Positions 49,631 to 56,427 of a DNA stretch of 64,000 bases are shown piece after piece. The DNA is from a virus. Position 1 is the first letter of the stretch; each line of letters opens with the position of its first letter. The DNA is taken from positions 1 through 64,000 of the IMG/VR virus record IMGVR_UViG_3300023184_000081; one strand, written 5' to 3'. Below the pieces are notes generated by a model that did no database searches, was not told the DNA's origin, and worked only from the letters and a program-made list of their open reading frames with translations. The position numbers and the translations under genes are program-made.

Positions 49631-50338
49631 ATGAAGAAAATTATTTTTGCACTATTGTTTGTAAGCGGTATTGCACAAGCGCAAGTAACTGGTAATGTTG
49701 GAGTGACTTCCGACTATCGTTTCCGTGGCATCAGTCAAACACAAAATTCACAAGCTCTACAAGGCGGAATTGATTATTCTCATAAGAGTGGATTCTATGT
49801 TGGCAACTGGAATAGCAGCGTCAGTAGTCTTGTTTATACCGACAGCATCGGTCTAGAAAATGACGTTTATGGTGGCTTTAAGAAAGAACTTTTTAAGGGC
49901 GTAACCGTCGACGTAGGATCGTATAATTATTACTTTTCGCGTTCTGGCAATGCTTTCAACAGCAATAGCAATACACATGAAGTCTATGCTGGAGTTTCGA
50001 CAGGTCCGGTAAGTTTCAAGTATAGTCAGTCTCTTGGTGATTACTTCGCCGTTGCTAATAGCAAAGGAACGAAATATGTTCAAGCTGATCTGAATATGCC
50101 TATCATAGAAAAACTAACGGGTAATGTTCATTTTGGTCACGCTTTTATTGCAAATCATAAAGATAGCAATTTTACTGATATCAAACTTGGCGCAACTTAC
50201 AATATTGTTGGTGTAGATGTAGGCGCGCACTATTACACAAATCGTGGAATGACAGCTGCCACAAAATTAGCTGATACAGTTTCTGGAGAAAAACTCTACA
50301 AAAACGCATTTGTCTTTTCTGTAGCGAAATCATTCTAA
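49631..50338 (+). CDS. TorF-family putative outer-membrane porin
   Basis: Signal peptide, SDYRFRGISQT, QGGIDY…GFYVGNW.S, C-terminal Phe. Confidence 0.85.
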   Translation: MKKIIFALLFVSGIAQAQVTGNVGVTSDYRFRGISQTQNSQALQGGIDYSHKSGFYVGNWNSSVSSLVYTDSIGLENDVYGGFKKELFKGVTVDVGSYNYYFSRSGNAFNSNSNTHEVYAGVSTGPVSFKYSQSLGDYFAVANSKGTKYVQADLNMPIIEKLTGNVHFGHAFIANHKDSNFTDIKLGATYNIVGVDVGAHYYTNRGMTAATKLADTVSGEKLYKNAFVFSVAKSF

Positions 50339-50354
50339 TTTATAATGACTTATT

Positions 50355-50391
50355 TGAAAACAAGGGATCTGTTGCTAACCCCTTGTTTTCA
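50355..50391 (+). terminator. Inverted repeat, probable terminator
   Basis: TGAAAACAAGGG…CCCTTGTTTTCA. Confidence 0.6.
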
Positions 50392-50420
50392 TTGATGATT
50401 TTAAATGACCAAAATACGCC

Positions 50421-50449
50421 TTGACATTTAATCTGATATGACTTATAAT
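50421..50449 (+). promoter_or_regulatory. Sigma70 promoter of the tRNA operon
   Basis: TTGACA-N17-TATAAT. Confidence 0.88.
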
Positions 50450-50482
50450 AGTTGTATATTAAATGGTAGCACAAGCAGTAAC

Positions 50483-50494
50483 TGCTCTTTAAAA
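50483..50494 (+). promoter_or_regulatory. rrn-type boxA antitermination element
   Basis: TGCTCTTTAAAA vs consensus TGCTCTTTAACA, between promoter and first tRNA. Confidence 0.7.
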
Positions 50495-50508
50495 ATTTGG
50501 AAAATAGT

Positions 50509-50583
50509 GTCCTGTTTGACTTCTGGTGAGGTCACCACCCTTTCACGGTGGCAAGAGGGGTTCGAATCCCCTACAGGACGCCA
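50509..50583 (+). tRNA. tRNA-Glu(TTC)
   Basis: Cloverleaf, CT-TTC-AC loop, TTCGAAT, CCA. Confidence 0.92.
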
Positions 50584-50703
50584 TATTGAAGCGCATTATT
50601 GTCTATTTCGGCGTTCCTCCGATGGGTCAGAGTGTTTATATAGACACCCTGATAAGGAAAACAGTATCCATTGACAAGATATTGGTAGTGCGTTTCAATA
50701 TGG
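50581..50703 (+). ncRNA. Structured RNA cassette 1 closed by a 20-bp stem
   Basis: CCATATTGAAGCGCATTATT / GGTAGTGCGTTTCAATATGG, with internal hairpins. Confidence 0.6.
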
Positions 50704-50832
50704 TAACATGCAACAGCATGAGAGTAACGTGATACTGGCCAGTAAGCGTTCGGACATGCAATATCTCAAAGCGGAAAGTCATGAGTCCGTAGAGAAAAAG
50801 ATTTCGGTTCGATTCCGAATTGCGTGTGACCA
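50702..50832 (+). ncRNA. tRNA-like RNA (acceptor stem, T arm, CCA, enlarged core)
   Basis: CATGCAA/TTGCGTG stem, TTCGG-TTCGATT-CCGAA T arm, 3' ACCA; no canonical anticodon arm. Confidence 0.55.
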
Positions 50833-50838
50833 TATTAC

Positions 50839-50912
50839 GCGGGATTAGTTAAATGGTATAATTAGAGTTTTCCAAACTCCAGTCATCAGTTCGATTCTGA
50901 TATTCCGCTCCA
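50839..50912 (+). tRNA. tRNA-Gly(TCC)
   Basis: Cloverleaf, TT-TCC-AA, CCA. Confidence 0.9.
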
Positions 50913-50920
50913 TTTGTTGT

Positions 50921-50994
50921 TGGGGATTAGTTAAATGGTATAACCGCGGATTTTGATTCCGCTATCACAAGTTCGATTCTTGTATCCCCTGCCA
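50921..50994 (+). tRNA. tRNA-Gln(TTG)
   Basis: Cloverleaf, TT-TTG-AT, CCA. Confidence 0.9.
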
Positions 50995-51024
50995 GAAAAT
51001 TTTATTTAACAGAAAGGAAATTGT

Positions 51025-51057
51025 ATGAAGCGAAAATCCAAAACACGCAAGACATAG
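51025..51057 (+). CDS. Micro-ORF MKRKSKTRKT inside the tRNA operon
   Basis: GAAAGGAAA RBS, ATG, TAG overlapping the first base of tRNA-Lys. Confidence 0.45.
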   Translation: MKRKSKTRKT

Positions 51058-51133
51058 GGAGTGTGGTGTAAAGGCTTGCACAACGGACTTTTAATCCGCT
51101 AAGAGTTAGGTTCGATTCCTACCACTCCCACCA
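51057..51133 (+). tRNA. tRNA-Lys(TTT)
   Basis: Cloverleaf, CT-TTT-AA, CCA. Confidence 0.85.
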
Positions 51134-51208
51134 TATGAAAACACATTCTTTAAGGTCTTGGTCGTTACCAGCCTGGCAAAAACGACGACAGAGTGTGTTT
51201 CCATATAG
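51131..51208 (+). ncRNA. Structured RNA cassette 2 (long hairpin)
   Basis: CCATATGAAAACACATTCT / AGAGTGTGTTTCCATATAG plus inner GTCGTT/AACGAC stem. Confidence 0.55.
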
Positions 51209-51216
51209 TAGAAAAA

Positions 51217-51308
51217 GGAGAGTAATGCAGCGGGGTTGGTCCTGCGACCAGCCTTGAAAACTGGGTTCTGAGAAATCGGATGGGGTTCGACTCCTCTGCT
51301 CTCCGCCA
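51217..51308 (+). tRNA. tRNA-Ser(TGA)
   Basis: CT-TGA-AA loop, long variable arm, GCCA. Confidence 0.85.
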
Positions 51309-51314
51309 ATTTTT

Positions 51315-51390
51315 GACTCGTTAGCTCAATCGGAAGAGCACATGCCTGTCACGCATGAGGTAAGGGGATCGAAACCCCTACGGGTCGCCA
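51315..51390 (+). tRNA. tRNA-Asp(GTC)
   Basis: Cloverleaf, CT-GTC-AC, GCCA. Confidence 0.92.
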
Positions 51391-51398
51391 AGAATTAC

Positions 51399-51492
51399 GG
51401 AGATTTGGCTGAGCATGGTTTAAGGCAGCGGATTGCTAATCCGTCGATCGAGGAAACTTGATCCATTGGTTCGAATCCAATAATCTCCGCCA
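51399..51492 (+). tRNA. tRNA-Ser(GCT)
   Basis: TT-GCT-AA, long variable arm, GCCA. Confidence 0.92.
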
Positions 51493-51506
51493 GAATTAAA
51501 AGTTTT

Positions 51507-51602
51507 GCTCCCCAGCACTCGGCGTGCGGCATGCCCTTATAAAGCGTGGAGACTGGTCAGATAGGCTGGAACGGGAAGGTTCAAAACCTTCGGGGAGTAC
51601 CA
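51507..51602 (+). tRNA. Atypical tRNA, anticodon TAT (nominal Ile), long variable arm
   Basis: GCTCCCC/GGGGAGT acceptor, CT-TAT-AA loop, ~27-nt variable region, GAAGG-TTCAAAA-CCTTC, ACCA. Confidence 0.6.
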
Positions 51603-51607
51603 AATTT

Positions 51608-51685
51608 GGTGAGGTGGCAGAGTGGTCAAATGCAAGAGCCTGCAAAACTCTAAAATCGTCGGTTCGAATCCGACCCTCACTTCCA
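51608..51685 (+). tRNA. tRNA-Cys(GCA)
   Basis: CT-GCA-AA, U discriminator, CCA. Confidence 0.92.
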
Positions 51686-51690
51686 AACTT

Positions 51691-51765
51691 GCCCTGTTAG
51701 TTCTAGTGGTAAAACGTCGGTTTTGTAATCCGAATTCGGGTGTTCGATTCACCCACGGGGCACCA
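51691..51765 (+). tRNA. tRNA-Thr(TGT)
   Basis: TT-TGT-AA, ACCA. Confidence 0.9.
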
Positions 51766-51772
51766 AAGAAAT

Positions 51773-51865
51773 GGAAGTATTGATGCTATGGCGTGTGCAT
51801 CCCGAGACTGTAAATCTCGTCCCTCAGGGTAAACATTACTGGTTCGACTCCAGTTACTTCCACCA
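51773..51865 (+). tRNA. tRNA-Tyr(GTA)
   Basis: CT-GTA-AA, long variable arm, ACCA. Confidence 0.88.
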
Positions 51866-51872
51866 GATTTAT

Positions 51873-51947
51873 TCCTCGATAGCTCAGCGGTAGAGCAGTT
51901 GACTGTTAATCAATTGGTCCGTGGTTCGATCCCACGTCGAGGAGCCA
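51873..51947 (+). tRNA. tRNA-Asn(GTT)
   Basis: Canonical cloverleaf, CT-GTT-AA, GCCA. Confidence 0.95.
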
Positions 51948-51956
51948 GTATCAAAA

Positions 51957-52032
51957 CGGTGTGTAGCTCAGCTGGTAGAGTGCGTGGTTTGGGACCATGA
52001 GGTCGGGAGTTCGAAACTCTCCACACCGACCA
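51957..52032 (+). tRNA. tRNA-Pro(TGG)
   Basis: C1-G72, TT-TGG-GA, ACCA. Confidence 0.93.
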
Positions 52033-52037
52033 GAATT

Positions 52038-52124
52038 GCAAGTGTGATGGAACAGGTATACATAAGAGACTTAAAATCTCTCGCTCGCAAGGGCATGCGG
52101 GTTCGATTCCCGCCACTTGCACCA
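52038..52124 (+). tRNA. tRNA-Leu(TAA)
   Basis: CT-TAA-AA, long variable arm, ACCA. Confidence 0.93.
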
Positions 52125-52140
52125 TAGTGATTCAGTATTT

Positions 52141-52216
52141 GGGGGTGTAGCTCAGTTGGGAGAGCGTATGCTTTGCAAGCATAATGTCGTCGGTTCGATC
52201 CCGTCCATCTCCACCA
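52141..52216 (+). tRNA. tRNA-Ala(TGC)
   Basis: G3-U70, TT-TGC-AA, ACCA. Confidence 0.93.
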
Positions 52217-52224
52217 GATTTAAT

Positions 52225-52298
52225 GCCTCGGTAGTTTAACGGTAAAACGCCATCCTTACACGGTGGATTCGGGAGTTCAACTCTCCAACGAGGTACCA
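52225..52298 (+). tRNA. tRNA-Val(TAC)
   Basis: CT-TAC-AC, ACCA; mismatches at acceptor/T junction. Confidence 0.82.
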
Positions 52299-52307
52299 AA
52301 AAGTTTT

Positions 52308-52384
52308 GCCCCGGTGACGGAATTGGCATACGTGTCGGTCTTAGAAGCCGAATTTTAGGAGTTCGAGTCTCCTCTGGGGCACCA
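52308..52384 (+). tRNA. tRNA-Leu(TAG) with short variable arm
   Basis: CT-TAG-AA, Leu-type D loop, ~5-nt variable region, ACCA. Confidence 0.85.
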
Positions 52385-52549
52385 TAAGTAACTGCATTGG
52401 TAAGGAAAGACAATGTTCATAGACTCTCGAGGGAATATGTTCATACCTCCGCTGCAGCGGAGAAAAGGAGGATGGGCAAGCGATGATTTGGGGATTTTAG
52501 ACATCTCCTCTAGCTGGATACCCCACCTGCCAGTGCAGTTTCTTATGGT
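52381..52549 (+). ncRNA. Structured RNA cassette 3 closed by a 19/20-bp stem
   Basis: ACCATAAGTAACTGCATTGG / CCAGTGCAGTTTCTTATGGT; internal CTCCGCTGCAGCGGAG palindrome. Confidence 0.6.
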
Positions 52550-52622
52550 AATGTAGCATAGTGACTAATGCAGTTCCTTCATACGGAAAAGATCGTTGGT
52601 TTGAGTCCAACCATTACTACCA
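52547..52622 (+). tRNA. tRNA with CAT anticodon (elongator Met or Ile2)
   Basis: TT-CAT-AC, ACCA; lacks initiator hallmarks. Confidence 0.78.
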
Positions 52623-52629
52623 AATTTTT

Positions 52630-52706
52630 GCGCCCATAGCTCAGTGGATTAGAGCCAACGGTTTCTACCCGTTAGGTCGGCAGTTCGAATCTGTCTGGGC
52701 GCACCA
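52630..52706 (+). tRNA. tRNA-Arg(TCT)
   Basis: TT-TCT-AC, ACCA. Confidence 0.92.
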
Positions 52707-52712
52707 GTATTT

Positions 52713-52788
52713 ACCATCTTAGCTCAGCGGTAGTAGCAGTGTGTTGATAACGCATTGGTCAGTGGTTCGATCCCACTAGATGGTACCA
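52713..52788 (+). tRNA. tRNA-Ile(GAT)
   Basis: TT-GAT-AA, ACCA. Confidence 0.9.
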
Positions 52789-52793
52789 AATTT

Positions 52794-52867
52794 CTCGGTG
52801 TAGTATAATGGCATTACGGCAGCCTCCAAATCTGCTTATGGGAGTTCGATTCTCTCCGCCGGGGCCA
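52794..52867 (+). tRNA. tRNA-Trp(CCA)
   Basis: CT-CCA-AA, GCCA. Confidence 0.88.
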
Positions 52868-52869
52868 AT

Positions 52870-52945
52870 ATCTCTATAACTCAGCGGACAGAGTTCTTCG
52901 GTCCTAACGAAGCGGTCGCAAGTTCGAATCTTGCTAGGGATGCCA
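52870..52945 (+). tRNA. tRNA-Arg(CCT)
   Basis: GT-CCT-AA, GCCA. Confidence 0.85.
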
Positions 52946-52950
52946 GTTTT

Positions 52951-53028
52951 AGATGGAGAGCTAGTCTGGTGATTCAGCGCGTGCCTGAAGAGCATGAGAA
53001 CTCAGTTCGATTCTGAGTCCATCTACCA
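52951..53028 (+). tRNA. tRNA-Phe(GAA)
   Basis: CT-GAA-GA, ACCA. Confidence 0.85.
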
Positions 53029-53037
53029 AAGAACAAT

Positions 53038-53111
53038 GGTGTTGTTAATGTAATGGTTGCATAACTGTCTGTGAAACAGTTAGAGAGGGTTCGATTCCCC
53101 ACTTCACCCCA
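53038..53111 (+). tRNA. tRNA-His(GTG), imperfect acceptor/T stems
   Basis: G-1, CT-GTG-AA, CCCA; two U-U mismatches and a short T stem. Confidence 0.7.
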
Positions 53112-53119
53112 ATAAATAT

Positions 53120-53196
53120 CGGTCCTTAACTCAATTGGATAGAGTGCCAGTCTTCGAAACTGGAGGTTGGGAGTTCGAGTCTCTCAGGATCGGCCA
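53120..53196 (+). tRNA. tRNA-Arg(TCG)
   Basis: CT-TCG-AA, GCCA. Confidence 0.88.
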
Positions 53197-53219
53197 ATAT
53201 TTTAATGAAAGGAGTTTGT

Positions 53220-53690
53220 ATGAAGAAATTAAATTTGCAAGAGGTTAAAACATTTATAGAAGCGCAAACTCCATCGACCAAAATTTATCTAGGTTGTGAT
53301 TCTGAAAAGTATAAAGCGAATGGTCAATGGTATGCAGATTATATCTTAGCAATTGTTGTGCATATCGACGGATGTCATGGTTGCAAAATCTTCGGTGAAG
53401 TTCACACTGAAAAAGACTATGATGCTAAGGCTAGCAAGCCATCGCTCAGATTGATGCAGGAAGTTTATAAAGTGGCAGAACTTTATCTGAAACTCGGCGA
53501 AGTATTAGAAGGTCGCGATGTAGAAGTGCATCTAGATATTAATCCGGATATGGAATATGGCAGCAGCTGCGTTATCAATCAAGCAGTTGGTTACATAAAA
53601 GGAATGTGTAATGTCATTCCTCTTGTAAAACCCAATGCTTTTGCTGCCAGCTATGCTGCAGATAGACTAAAAAGCATAAGAGTCGCATAA
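53220..53690 (+). CDS. RNase H-like protein (YkuK/DUF458-like)
   Basis: GCDS, RLMQEV, VHLDIN, A..AAD; AAGGAG RBS. Confidence 0.75.
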   Translation: MKKLNLQEVKTFIEAQTPSTKIYLGCDSEKYKANGQWYADYILAIVVHIDGCHGCKIFGEVHTEKDYDAKASKPSLRLMQEVYKVAELYLKLGEVLEGRDVEVHLDINPDMEYGSSCVINQAVGYIKGMCNVIPLVKPNAFAASYAADRLKSIRVA

Positions 53691-54028
53691 TGGAAACCAT
53701 TCGTCCGTGGGGATATTATCGTGTATTGCATGATGTCGATGGAACTAAGGTGAAAGAACTTGTTGTAAATCCTGGTTGCAGTTTATCAATGCAACGACAT
53801 AATTTTAGATCAGAACATTGGCATGTCACTGAAGGATGTGCAGTGATTAATACAAGCATAACTTCTGTGGATCCAATTAACACCACATTGTTTATGCATC
53901 AGTCTATTCATATCAATCGGGGTGAATGGCATCAATTAACAAATCCATTTGATACGCCATGTAAAATAATTGAAATACAGTATGGTGAAAAATGTATTGA
54001 AGATGATATTGAGAGACATTCTTATTAA
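53690..54028 (+). CDS. Cupin, mannose-6-phosphate isomerase type II C-terminal-like
   Basis: RPWGYY, LSMQRH..RSEHW, WHQL.N, IEIQYG…EDDIER. Confidence 0.85.
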   Translation: METIRPWGYYRVLHDVDGTKVKELVVNPGCSLSMQRHNFRSEHWHVTEGCAVINTSITSVDPINTTLFMHQSIHINRGEWHQLTNPFDTPCKIIEIQYGEKCIEDDIERHSY

Positions 54029-54037
54029 AGAAATGCC

Positions 54038-54066
54038 TTGCCATTTAGCCAACATGAGCGTATAAT
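54038..54066 (+). promoter_or_regulatory. Sigma70-type promoter
   Basis: TTGCCA-N17-TATAAT. Confidence 0.7.
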
Positions 54067-54087
54067 AATACTCTGAATGGAGATAAT

Positions 54088-54285
54088 ATGGCGTATGTAT
54101 TCACTGAAGACGAACTAGAAGATATCAAACAGATCGTAGACGCTAATGGTGAGTGGGGTATTCGATCCGCTTACTATTGGTGGAATGGCCTTGCTAAGGA
54201 TAAGACAGTTAAAGTCGACGAAGTAGAAAATTTTGCAATAGCATTTATGTCACAATATAATGAACAATTTGGAGTAACATATTAA
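54088..54285 (+). CDS. Hypothetical protein
   Basis: GGAG RBS, ORF coupled to ligase. Confidence 0.6.
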   Translation: MAYVFTEDELEDIKQIVDANGEWGIRSAYYWWNGLAKDKTVKVDEVENFAIAFMSQYNEQFGVTY

Positions 54286-55580
54286 TGAAACCGTGGGAAA
54301 TAATTACTCGTCTTGAGTCTGACAATTCGCGTCTGTTTAAAGAATCGGTCATCGCTGAAGCAGTTAAAGAAAATAACATTGAATTTTTTGATGGCATAGG
54401 TTATGCTCTCGATTCATTCACCACCTTTGGCGTAAAGAAAGTTCCGGAGAAAACTAATGAAAATGGCAATGGTGTGTCTTGGTCTGATTTTGATTGTATA
54501 TGCCAGCGTCTTATCAATCGTGAGCTCACAGGTAATCTCGCCAGAGATTCGATTGAACAAATGATGAATGATTCTACGAAAGACCAATGGAATAATTGGT
54601 ATCGTAGAATTCTGATTAAAGATCTTCGTTGCGGTGTTTCTGAGAAAACTGTGAACAACGTTGTTCCTCCTCTCTTTTCGATTCCGACATTCTCGTGTCA
54701 GTTGGCTCATGATTCTGCAAAGCACGAATCCAAAGTTTCTGGCAAGAAAATGATTGAAAACAAACTTGATGGAGTTCGCGTTATCACGATTGTTAATCCT
54801 GATGGTCGTGTTGATCAATATTCTAGGAATGGAAAAGAGTTACTCAATTTCCAAAAGATCAAAGATCAAATCAGTGCTATCGCTTCTACCTTTACTCAGC
54901 CGATGGTGCTAGATGGTGAAGTAATGTCTAGCAGTTTTCAGGATTTGATGACGCAAGTGAATCGCAAGAGCAATGTCAATGCTGGCGATGCTATATTGAA
55001 TCTGTTTGATATTCTTCCTCTGATTGATTTTAAAAAGGGTGAACACAATGTCATTCAGAAAGAAAGAACTGAATATCTGACAGATTGGTATGAGAACAAT
55101 ATATCTAAACTGCCTAATGTTACTGTTTTGAATCATGCACTTCTAGATCTAGATACAAAAGAAGGGCAGAAATTGTTCAAGATGTATAATTTTTCTGCGA
55201 TCGAAAACGGATACGAAGGTCTTATGATCAAGGATCCAGAAGCGATTTATGAGTGCAAACGAAGTGTTGCGTGGTTGAAACTTAAACCATACATAGAAGT
55301 GAGTTTGACCGTAATCTCTACAGAAGAAGGAACTGGAAAGAATCTAGGTAAAATGGGTGCACTGATCTGTGAAGGTGTTGATGATGGAAAACTAATCCAA
55401 GTCAATGTTGGCTCCGGATTTACTGATCTTCAGCGAGACGAATTTTGGTCATGTAAAGTAGATGGTCAAATTGTTGAGGTTCGTGCTGATGCCATAACGC
55501 AAAATCAGGATAAGACTTATAGCCTAAGATTTCCGCGTTTCAAATGTTTTCGTGGGTTCAAAACAGGAGAGAAAATATAA
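54285..55580 (+). CDS. gp30: ATP-dependent DNA ligase
   Basis: KLDGVR, LDGE, EGLMIK, WLKLK, VGSG, SLRFP. Confidence 0.95.
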   Translation: MKPWEIITRLESDNSRLFKESVIAEAVKENNIEFFDGIGYALDSFTTFGVKKVPEKTNENGNGVSWSDFDCICQRLINRELTGNLARDSIEQMMNDSTKDQWNNWYRRILIKDLRCGVSEKTVNNVVPPLFSIPTFSCQLAHDSAKHESKVSGKKMIENKLDGVRVITIVNPDGRVDQYSRNGKELLNFQKIKDQISAIASTFTQPMVLDGEVMSSSFQDLMTQVNRKSNVNAGDAILNLFDILPLIDFKKGEHNVIQKERTEYLTDWYENNISKLPNVTVLNHALLDLDTKEGQKLFKMYNFSAIENGYEGLMIKDPEAIYECKRSVAWLKLKPYIEVSLTVISTEEGTGKNLGKMGALICEGVDDGKLIQVNVGSGFTDLQRDEFWSCKVDGQIVEVRADAITQNQDKTYSLRFPRFKCFRGFKTGEKI

Positions 55581-55708
55581 GTGAATGTAGTTTACATCAT
55601 TATGATACCAGTGTATATCGCTTTCATTATAATGTGGTTTGGCATTATGCCTATAATGTTTTATGGTTTAATCAAATATTTTTTAATATCACTGATGAAG
55701 ATGATTTA

Positions 55709-55924
55709 ATGAAGACGCCTGCATTTGGAACAAAAGGATACATAATTTTATGTGTAGACGGAAAGTATCGATTTAGAGTCTATACAGAAAAAGATTTTAT
55801 TGATTACGATTTAGCTCACAGCGATTTATGCGTAGAGATAGTGGATAAAGATGCGACTTTTTATTCAGACGATCGCGGCGACAGATTGGATCACAACCCC
55901 TCAACATTAGGATATGACGAATGA
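55709..55924 (+). CDS. Hypothetical protein
   Basis: Likely start MKTPAF at 55709. Confidence 0.5.
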   Translation: MKTPAFGTKGYIILCVDGKYRFRVYTEKDFIDYDLAHSDLCVEIVDKDATFYSDDRGDRLDHNPSTLGYDE

Positions 55925-56427
55925 GTAATTATAAAACACACGCAATAAACGAATTCCGTGCTGCAGGATGGATGGATCAGAATGGTAAATACCTTGATGA
56001 GATGCAAGAAATGATATGTAATCATGTTCTTGCTCTATTAGATGTTTTTGCCGATGAAGGACATTCTGGCACCACTGCGCCATACACTATCGAATTGTTC
56101 TCTAAATTAGCAAAGTTTGATCCGATTGTTCCATTGACTGGTGAGGACTGGGAATGGAGTGAAGTGTCTGATGGCGACAATGGAAAAATGTATCAGAACA
56201 AACGATGCGGTGCTGTATTTAAAGACGCAAATCGACATGATGGACAACCATATTATCTTGATGGCAAAGTGTTTTGGGAATGGTATAAGAGTGAAGATGG
56301 TGAAATGTCTAAGTCATATTTCACAAGTGCCGATTCTCAAGAGCCTATTGTATTTCCCTACACACCAAAGTCGGAGTATGTGTTTAGGGCAACAGAACAA
56401 TTTCCAAATGAGGAAATTACAAAATGA
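55921..56427 (+). CDS. Conserved phage hypothetical protein
   Basis: GHSG..APY, PLTGE..EW, QNKRC..VFK. Confidence 0.7.
   Translation: MSNYKTHAINEFRAAGWMDQNGKYLDEMQEMICNHVLALLDVFADEGHSGTTAPYTIELFSKLAKFDPIVPLTGEDWEWSEVSDGDNGKMYQNKRCGAVFKDANRHDGQPYYLDGKVFWEWYKSEDGEMSKSYFTSADSQEPIVFPYTPKSEYVFRATEQFPNEEITK

Noticed and set aside
50648-50662. CTGATAAG…GAAA resembling a hammerhead core, or a tRNA-associated HDV-like ribozyme, in cassette 1
   Set aside because: Core is CTGATAA rather than CTGANGA, there is no stem II, and I could not build the HDV double pseudoknot by eye; an Infernal search is needed
50438-52995. ORFs called across the tRNA array
   Set aside because: They overlap clear tRNA cloverleaves and read as translations of RNA genes
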